From IMG/VR virus record IMGVR_UViG_2700989545_000014: DNA of 11,068 nt, one strand, 5' to 3'. This document shows positions 1-5,194 of this stretch, one piece after another; position 1 is the stretch's first letter, and every line of letters starts with the position of its first letter. Made by a program: the position numbers and the translations under genes. The notes under the pieces were generated by a model. It had not been told where the DNA came from and did not search any database. It worked only from the letters and a program-made list of their open reading frames with translations. Source of the DNA: a virus (Duplodnaviria > Heunggongvirae > Uroviricota > Caudoviricetes).

Positions 1-37
1 GATAAGAATAAAATCAAAGCAATAAGCAGTGTCGTGA

Positions 38-60
38 AACCACCTTCGGGTGGTTTTTTT
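38..60 (+). terminator. Rho-independent terminator (7-bp stem, UUCG tetraloop, T7 run)
   Basis: aaccacc-ttcg-ggtggtt at 38-55 followed by ttttttt to 60, read directly from the sequence. Which transcript it ends is unknown because the upstream gene is outside the window. Confidence 0.5.
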
Positions 61-145
61 GTATTTGTATTTTGTGCAATGGCGGTTGAGTGGCGATGGT
101 GTGGCGATATGCAGAAACAATGGTAGTGCACGTGCTGTTTAAACT

Positions 146-250
146 CTAAGGATGAAGCAGAATTCTTCTGCAGCTCCTCCGTATTTCGCATAGTGAACCA
201 GGACTTCTGTTAAACAAAAATTTTTCTGGGATTTTTCCACTCGACTTCAT
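146..250 (-). pseudogene. Degenerate hok/mok-like remnant (upstream leader frame fused to the Hok C-terminal motif, toxin N-terminus deleted)
   Basis: Minus-strand AGGAGG then ATG at 250 gives MKSSGKIPEKFLFNRSPGSLCEIRRSCRRILLHP*. The FLFNR-P segment matches the short frame upstream of the intact hok at 1178..1273 and GSLCEIR matches the Hok core. Relative to 1050..1420 about 130 bp covering the toxin transmembrane codons are absent and the frame shifts after SLCEIR. Confidence 0.35.
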
Positions 251-531
251 TTTTCCTCCTGCAATCCACCAACAGGTACCTGCGCTAATCTATCTTTTTA
301 ATCTGACAACATCTTGGGAAAAGGCAAATTCGTCAGATTTACTGTTTTTCTGCTGCCTCGAATGCCGATGTCTGAAGCACTGATAAGAGTTCTATCTCTT
401 TGATATAGATCTTTTTTTTGATGAATTGCACGACATATTATCGTTATGACACCTTCTTGTTAAAGGTATTGTACTCCTCATCTCGATTTTATGATGTGGG
501 CTATGATTGGTTAGTAATAGAGTGTATCGGT

Positions 532-813
532 ATGCGATGTGGTTTATTAATGGCAATCTGCCTTTGTTTAGTATCTTTTAGCGGATATGCAGCAACAGGA
601 AAGTCTGATGCTCAGATCAAAAAAGAAATAATTAAAGAATCCATTGAATCTTATCCAGGCAATTGTGCGTGTCCTTATAATCATGCAAGGAATGGTAGTA
701 GATGTGGTGGACGCAGTGCATATAGCCGTAATGGAGGGTATGACGTGGTATGTTATGAGGGTGATGTTACCGATGAAATGATCCGGCAATGGAAGCAGGA
801 GAATGCTGAGTAA
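532..813 (+). CDS. Small secreted Cys-rich protein of unknown function (93 aa with predicted signal peptide)
   Basis: The ORF track frame is 418..813. The signal-peptide-like segment MRCGLLMAICLCLVSFSGYA-ATGKSD (basic n-region, hydrophobic core, A-x-A site) begins at the ATG at 532, so 532 is the preferred start. The mature part has 5 Cys (GNCACPYNH...CGG...VVCYEG). The region is markedly AT-rich compared with the phage genes. The Shine-Dalgarno is weak (GAGTG). Confidence 0.5.
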   Translation: MRCGLLMAICLCLVSFSGYAATGKSDAQIKKEIIKESIESYPGNCACPYNHARNGSRCGGRSAYSRNGGYDVVCYEGDVTDEMIRQWKQENAE

Positions 814-879
814 TCTCTTTTAACAGGTTTGTTGTGCGAGCATTATGTGCCGTTAACGGTACACTAGCTAGTGATAGTT

Positions 880-922
880 CCAAAAAGAAAACCCGCAGTT
901 CTTACGCTGCGGGTTTGTTGTT
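880..922. terminator. Bidirectional rho-independent terminator
   Basis: Stem cccgcag (892-898) / ctgcggg (907-913) with an 8-nt loop. It is flanked by tttgttgtt on the plus strand and ttttcttttt on the minus strand, so it can end both the 532..813 gene and the minus-strand hok transcript. Confidence 0.6.
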
Positions 923-1001
923 CATGTCTGTGAGATAGGGTGCCACTTCAGCCAACCTTAGCAACCGATTGACGGGGGATTGCTCCCCCGTCGCGGTTTC
1001 C

Positions 1002-1142
1002 TTACTGCTTACACTGTAAGAACGCCGCAAACTCCGCTCCCCAGAAGCTCATCCGTATTTCACACAGCGAACCGTGTAGCATCCAGATGATGAGGATTAC
1101 CGTCACGCAGAACGTGATGGCCGTAAGCGATTTTTGCGACAT
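1002..1142 (-). CDS. hok: Hok/Gef-family type I toxin (46 aa membrane peptide)
   Basis: Hand translation of the minus strand gives MSQKSLTAITFCVTVILIIWMLHGSLCEIRMSFWGAEFAAFLQCKQ*. It has an N-terminal hydrophobic helix plus the conserved Hok core SLCEIR and the AAF(L) C-terminal motif seen in Hok, Gef, RelF, PndA and SrnB. AAGGAG lies 8 nt upstream of the ATG. It is absent from the ORF track because it is under 60 aa. Confidence 0.7.
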   Translation of the reverse strand: MSQKSLTAITFCVTVILIIWMLHGSLCEIRMSFWGAEFAAFLQCKQ

Positions 1143-1177
1143 AGCGCTTGCTCCTTTGTTGGAGAGGCGCTAACCTA

Positions 1178-1273
1178 TCACTTGCTTAAGGTAGATATGT
1201 TAGGGCCTCGGTTAAACAGAAATGTTTTCCGGGGCCTTTCCACATCTGGCCTTCGGGTATTCCCTCCGACCAT
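1178..1273 (-). CDS. Short upstream (mok-like) reading frame in the hok leader
   Basis: The 31-codon frame MVGGNTRRPDVERPRKTFLFNRGPNISTLSK* shares the FLFNR-P peptide with the remnant copy at 146..250. Unlike classical mok it stops about 35 nt before the hok start and has no clear Shine-Dalgarno, so its function is uncertain. Confidence 0.25.
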   Translation of the reverse strand: MVGGNTRRPDVERPRKTFLFNRGPNISTLSK

Positions 1274-1333
1274 CAGCCGAAAGGCACCCGCGCGTAATCT
1301 ATCGCTTTTTTGTTACTCCGGCAATTCTGCCTG

Positions 1334-1594
1334 TTAATTCTGAGGTAAAGGCAAACTCATCTGATTGTTTCCCCTGTGTGAAGCTGGCAGCTCATGCCAC
1401 GGGATACCTTCTGAAGAGTGAACGCCGGAGGTGTGTTTTGATGTGAATTTATGGAAAGCTTCCAGTGTTGAGAAGCATACGCCGCATTCCAGGTTGTTAC
1501 ACTGGTAATACTTTTGCCGCACGGTGTTTGAATCATTTTCAGGACGACTGGTGCGGATACGGGCAGATGCGCCACAAAGCGGACAACGGAACAT
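1334..1594 (-). CDS. ogr: Ogr/Delta-family zinc-finger late-gene transcriptional activator (86 aa ORF, C-terminus atypical)
   Basis: The N-terminus MFRCPLCGASARIRTSR...YYQCNNLEC has the CxxC...CxxxxC zinc-finger layout and matches P2 Ogr (MFHCPLC...). AAGGGAGG lies 5 nt upstream of the ATG at 1594. The ORF is longer than P2 Ogr (72 aa) and its last ~28 codons lie in DNA homologous to the hok-like repeat. Confidence 0.8.
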   Translation of the reverse strand: MFRCPLCGASARIRTSRPENDSNTVRQKYYQCNNLECGVCFSTLEAFHKFTSKHTSGVHSSEGIPWHELPASHRGNNQMSLPLPQN

Positions 1595-1636
1595 AGCGAC
1601 CTCCCTTAACGTGGTGCTGCTGCTATTCTAAGTTGC

Positions 1637-2746
1637 TCACTCTGTTTCTGCTATCCATTCCGAGATTTTTGCCTCAAGCTCAAGCTGCGTGGTAAAGCCG
1701 CTGTTATCGATGGTGTGCTCGGCTTTTGCAATAATCCAGTCCTGATTATCAATCTCGCTTTTAAATCCTGTTACCGTGCCATGCATTTCGGGGTAGAGTT
1801 CTGCACGACCACATGCCAGCGTGATGGAGAATGATGCGGCTCCGCGTTGTAGCTGCTGCCACTTTGCCGCCGCTGCGCGTCTTGCTGCCTGCTCGTTCTG
1901 ATAAGTCTTGCGTAACACAAACACATTGCCTTCCGCGCCTTCCATATAATCACCTTCACGGCTGCTGCTTTTCTCCTTTTTGGGTTTTGGCGGTTTACGG
2001 CGTTTCACGCTGACTTTTTTCTTTTTCCCGTAATTAAGATCAAGCCAGTAGGCGCGTACCCCCGTATACGCCTCGCGGTCAGCAATACGGAACTGATGGC
2101 GATCGCCGCTGCTGCGTGTAATGGCGAACGAGGGCAACGGCTGGCCCTGTGCGTTCACGCCACCACCTGGCATGATGAATAACAGATTGCCGCTTTTTAC
2201 CGTGGTGATTGCGCCCAGCATTTCCGCCATGCGCGTAAGGAAGGACATATCGCTTTCTTCGGTCTGGTCGGCGTGGTCGATTTCGATATCCATCAGCATT
2301 TCGCTGATTTGCGGTTTCAGACCGTACCGATGAGCGATGGCAGATACCACGCGCTCAACGGTCACATCATGCCAGGACACCTCACGTTTAACGTTAAATT
2401 CATCCCGAAAATCTGCGCTTCTGGCTGAAACAGTCAGCCTGTCCGGCGGTCCTTCGTGAGCGATTTCATCAACAATGTAAGTGCCTTTTTCTGTCAGCGG
2501 TTCTCCTTTCCAGCCAATGAGAACCGTCAGGCGCGCGCCCCGTGGCGGTAGCTGCAACTGACCATCCGCATCATCCAGCGTGATGGTGAGCTGGTCCGCC
2601 TCAAATCCCCGGTTGTCGGTCAGTGACAGGCTCATCAGGCGCTCTGCCACGCCTGACAGCGTTTTACCCTCCGCGAGAATATCAAAATCCGGCATTTTCA
2701 CGGGGTCTGTGCCCTGACTGAGCAATTGCATGGTGGTATCGGTCAT
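1637..2746 (-). CDS. D: P2 gpD-family tail protein (phage late control gene D protein)
   Basis: The 369-aa product contains SLSLTDNRGFEADQL...LTVLIGWKGEPL, typical of the gpD family. The start is placed at the ATG at 2746 (MTDTTMQLL), which is preceded by GGGAGGG; the track ORF extends to 2878 without a ribosome-binding site. Confidence 0.85.
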   Translation of the reverse strand: MTDTTMQLLSQGTDPVKMPDFDILAEGKTLSGVAERLMSLSLTDNRGFEADQLTITLDDADGQLQLPPRGARLTVLIGWKGEPLTEKGTYIVDEIAHEGPPDRLTVSARSADFRDEFNVKREVSWHDVTVERVVSAIAHRYGLKPQISEMLMDIEIDHADQTEESDMSFLTRMAEMLGAITTVKSGNLLFIMPGGGVNAQGQPLPSFAITRSSGDRHQFRIADREAYTGVRAYWLDLNYGKKKKVSVKRRKPPKPKKEKSSSREGDYMEGAEGNVFVLRKTYQNEQAARRAAAAKWQQLQRGAASFSITLACGRAELYPEMHGTVTGFKSEIDNQDWIIAKAEHTIDNSGFTTQLELEAKISEWIAETE

Positions 2747-2903
2747 CTGTTCCCTCCCTGTGCGGCATGGTCGCATGTGCGTGCGGAGGGGGTTACTGCT
2801 TTTTGTTGTCGCCGTGGCGGGAGAACGGCGCAGGGGTGAGATTACGCACGTGGTGGGTGATGATTGTTGCCGAATCATTTAACGGATACAAGGGGCTGAA
2901 GCT
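2747..2903. promoter_or_regulatory. Divergent intergenic region between D-ogr and the FI operon (expected late promoters)
   Basis: This 157-bp non-coding spacer lies between two divergent starts. By analogy with P2 the FI operon should have an Ogr-dependent promoter here, but no clean TGT-N12-ACA dyad was found by eye. Confidence 0.3.
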
Positions 2904-4088
2904 ATGAGTGAAACTCGTTTTCATGGTGCCCGTGTTACGGAAAATACCGACCTGGTAACAGCGATTAACGATGTTGATTCCAGCGTTATCGGTATCGTGG
3001 CAACGGCGGATGATGCGGACGCGAAGCTGTTCCCGCTGAATAAGCCCACACTGCTGACCCGCGTCAATGACGTGCTGGGAAAATGCGGGACAACGGGGAC
3101 GCTTTATCGTGCGCTTAAGGCCATCGCAGACCAGGTGAGCACAAAGGTGATCGTCGTTCGCGTGGCTGAACACAAAGAAGAAGACGGAAAGACGCAGGAT
3201 CAACTGGTTATCGGTGGTTCTGAGGATGACGGCAGCTATACGGGGATGTATGCGCTGCTTGTTGCAGAGCAGGATGAAAGCATCGGATACCGTCCGCGTA
3301 TTCTGGCCGCGCCGGAGCTGGACACGGAGGCTGTAACAAAATCCCTGTGCGTGATTGCAGGTAAACTGCGCGCGTTTGTGTATGCCTCATGTCACGGCTG
3401 TAACACGATGGCTGAGGCGATTACCTACCGCCAGAAATTCAACGAACGTGAGGTGATGCTCTTATGGCCGGACTTCATCGCCTACAACCCGAAAAGTGGC
3501 AAAAACGAAACGTTCCCCGCGCCTGCTTATGCGTGCGGCCTTCGTGCGTACATTGACCATGAGCAGGGCTGGCACAAATCGCTGTCCAACGTTCCGGTTA
3601 AAAATGTGCTGGGAATGTCCAGGCATGTGTTCTGGTCGTTGCAGGCCGAAGACAGCGATGCCAATAGCCTCAACAACAAAGAAATCACGACCATTATTCG
3701 TCGCAACGGGTTCCGCTTCTGGGGCAACCGCACACCGGAAACGAACGCCTACATCTTTGAGGTGTATACCCGAACCGCACAGGTGCTGGCTGATTCAATT
3801 GCGGAAGCGCAGTTTGAAACCATCGACAGTCCACTGACACCTGCGAATGTGAAGGATGTTATCAGCGCCATCAGGGCAAAACTGGATTCGCTGGTTACTG
3901 CCGGGAAACTGATTGGTGCGGAGTGCTGGTATGACGTGGTGGATAACGGCACCACGAATTTACGTCAGGGACGTGTGCGTATTCGCTACAAATATACGCC
4001 TGTTCCCCCGCTGGAAGACATGGAGCTTTACCAGACGTTTACTGATGAATTCTTTGGTCCCGCATTTGCGGTGCTGGGAGGTGCCTGA
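2904..4088 (+). CDS. FI: Contractile tail sheath protein (P2 gpFI family)
   Basis: The 394-aa product aligns by eye with P2 FI along its length (FPLNKP, KLRAF, AYRQ-F, WPDF, EQGWHK-LSNV, IRRNGFRFWGNRT, YTRTAQV, YTPVPPLE). AAGGGG lies 7 nt upstream of the ATG. Confidence 0.9.
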   Translation: MSETRFHGARVTENTDLVTAINDVDSSVIGIVATADDADAKLFPLNKPTLLTRVNDVLGKCGTTGTLYRALKAIADQVSTKVIVVRVAEHKEEDGKTQDQLVIGGSEDDGSYTGMYALLVAEQDESIGYRPRILAAPELDTEAVTKSLCVIAGKLRAFVYASCHGCNTMAEAITYRQKFNEREVMLLWPDFIAYNPKSGKNETFPAPAYACGLRAYIDHEQGWHKSLSNVPVKNVLGMSRHVFWSLQAEDSDANSLNNKEITTIIRRNGFRFWGNRTPETNAYIFEVYTRTAQVLADSIAEAQFETIDSPLTPANVKDVISAIRAKLDSLVTAGKLIGAECWYDVVDNGTTNLRQGRVRIRYKYTPVPPLEDMELYQTFTDEFFGPAFAVLGGA

Positions 4089-4600
4089 TGGCTGTACCAA
4101 AACATCTTCGCTTTTTTACGTTGTTTGTGGATGGTGAAAACGAAGTGGGTAAAGTGACATCCGTCACGCCGCCCAAACTGACGCGCAAAACCGACAGCTA
4201 TCGTGGTGGTGGCATGATGGGGGCGGTAAGTATTGATCTCGGTCTGGACGACTCCGCGCTTGATGCGAGTTTTGTCATGGGGGGAGCTGTTCGTGCGCTG
4301 TTCCTTAAATATGGCGGCACGATTGACGGCACGCTGCTGCGTTTTGCGGGTGAATACTACACCGATGCAGAAAGCGATCTGTATGAAATCGAGATGCGCG
4401 GGCGTGTGACGGAAATTGATATGGGGGAAGCCAAACAGGGCGAAGCCACATCACACACTTACGCTGTCAAAAACACCTACTACAAGCTGAGCGTTAACGA
4501 TCGCCCGCTGTGGGAAATCGACCTGTTGAACCACATCTACCGGAAGGACGGCAAGGACATTGTGCCTGACCGTATCCGTTCCGCGCTTGGGCTTGGCTGA
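4088..4600 (+). CDS. FII: Tail tube protein (P2 gpFII family)
   Basis: The 170-aa product carries VTPPKLTRKTDSYRGGGM, the LGLDD motif and MRGR-EID-GE-KQGE, matching P2 FII. Its start overlaps the FI stop (ATGA), indicating translational coupling. Confidence 0.9.
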   Translation: MAVPKHLRFFTLFVDGENEVGKVTSVTPPKLTRKTDSYRGGGMMGAVSIDLGLDDSALDASFVMGGAVRALFLKYGGTIDGTLLRFAGEYYTDAESDLYEIEMRGRVTEIDMGEAKQGEATSHTYAVKNTYYKLSVNDRPLWEIDLLNHIYRKDGKDIVPDRIRSALGLG

Positions 4601-4612
4601 TAAGTAATATGC

Positions 4613-4633
4613 AGGCGGCGCAGTGCGTCGCCT
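4613..4633 (+). other. Intergenic GC-rich hairpin between tube and chaperone genes (possible attenuator or RNA-processing site)
   Basis: An 8-bp stem aggcggcg / cgtcgcct with a 5-nt loop, followed by only two T residues, so it is not a strong terminator. Confidence 0.25.
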
Positions 4634-4655
4634 TTGACTGAAAAGGAGACAACTG

Positions 4656-5030
4656 ATGAAAGACATCGATACTGAAACCCGGAATAACACCGTGGCGGAT
4701 GATGTGACGGCAGGTGAGGATATGGCTGTCGAACGTGGCGTAAAACTGACCCGACCAATTGAGCGTGGTGGCGAAAAAATCACGTATGTGGAGATCACCG
4801 GGGCTATTGAGCAGGCTGGATCCCTGCGTGGTCTGTCGCTGTCTGATGTGCTGAATCTGAAAGCGGATACCATGTTTACGCTGTTGCCTCGCGTGACCTC
4901 GCCACGACTGGATGAAGTGATGATTAAAAAAATGTCGTCACGCGATTTTATTCAGTTGTGCGCAGTGGCTGTAAATTTTATGAGCGAGCCAGACTCTGGC
5001 GCGAAGAGCGTGCAGGAGACGGCAGCGTAA
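4656..5030 (+). CDS. E: Tail assembly chaperone gpE
   Basis: The 124-aa ORF has AAGGAG 7 nt upstream and sits between the tube and tape-measure genes, where P2 and lambda (G/GT) carry the chaperone pair. A slippery heptamer lies near its 3' end. Confidence 0.8.
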   Translation: MKDIDTETRNNTVADDVTAGEDMAVERGVKLTRPIERGGEKITYVEITGAIEQAGSLRGLSLSDVLNLKADTMFTLLPRVTSPRLDEVMIKKMSSRDFIQLCAVAVNFMSEPDSGAKSVQETAA

Positions 5031-5194
5031 TCACTCTGGTGTGCTTTGAGCACATCGAAGATCTGGTGGCGGATATTGCCGCCATTTTTAACTGGTCGCC
5101 CGCCGAAATCTTCATGATGACGCCCGGCGAAGTGGTTAGCTGGCGTGAGCGGGCGGCACTTCGCAGCGGGAATGCAGATAATGAAGACTCTTGA
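4656..5194 (+). CDS. E+E': gpE+E' chaperone fusion produced by programmed -1 ribosomal frameshift
   Basis: The -1 frame (track ORF 4958..5194) overlaps the end of E. A canonical X_XXY_YYZ heptamer A_AAT_TTT lies at 4973-4979 in the E zero frame, and slipping there continues as ...CKFYERA... in the E' frame. The arrangement is conserved in contractile-tail phages. Confidence 0.6.

Noticed and set aside
1-37. Possible 3' end of a plus-strand gene entering from the left edge
   Set aside because: Two of the three plus-strand frames hit stops immediately and the third runs through the terminator, so no coding frame is supported. Only the terminator is reported.
418-531. N-terminal 38-codon extension of the secreted-protein ORF (TTG/ATG at 418-423)
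   Set aside because: The signal-peptide-like segment would be internal if translation began at 418, so the ATG at 532 is the more plausible start. The extension may simply be open frame in AT-rich DNA.
900-1000. Possible tRNA or att site near the prophage end
   Set aside because: No cloverleaf-compatible sequence or P2-type att core was recognised. The GC hairpin at 971-992 is better explained as the 3'-UTR structure of the hok mRNA.
1134-1446. Plus-strand ORFs 1134..1337 and 1222..1446
   Set aside because: They lie antisense to the hok leader and the ogr 3' end, have no ribosome-binding site and no recognisable product, and are best explained as chance frames. A small antisense RNA is the more likely plus-strand product here.
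2747-2878. 44-codon N-terminal extension of the gpD ORF
   Set aside because: It has no ribosome-binding site and would occupy most of the divergent promoter spacer, whereas the ATG at 2746 is preceded by GGGAGGG. The extension also shows no resemblance to gpD N-termini.
2793-3203. 136-aa minus-strand ORF antisense to the start of FI
   Set aside because: It is entirely embedded antisense in a well-supported sheath gene and has no homology features, so it is a typical shadow ORF.
5145-5180. GTG start at 5145 for the tape measure gene
   Set aside because: It lies inside the E' frame and has no Shine-Dalgarno, and the ATG at 5181 has GGGA at good spacing. The extra 12 codons are most likely just open frame.
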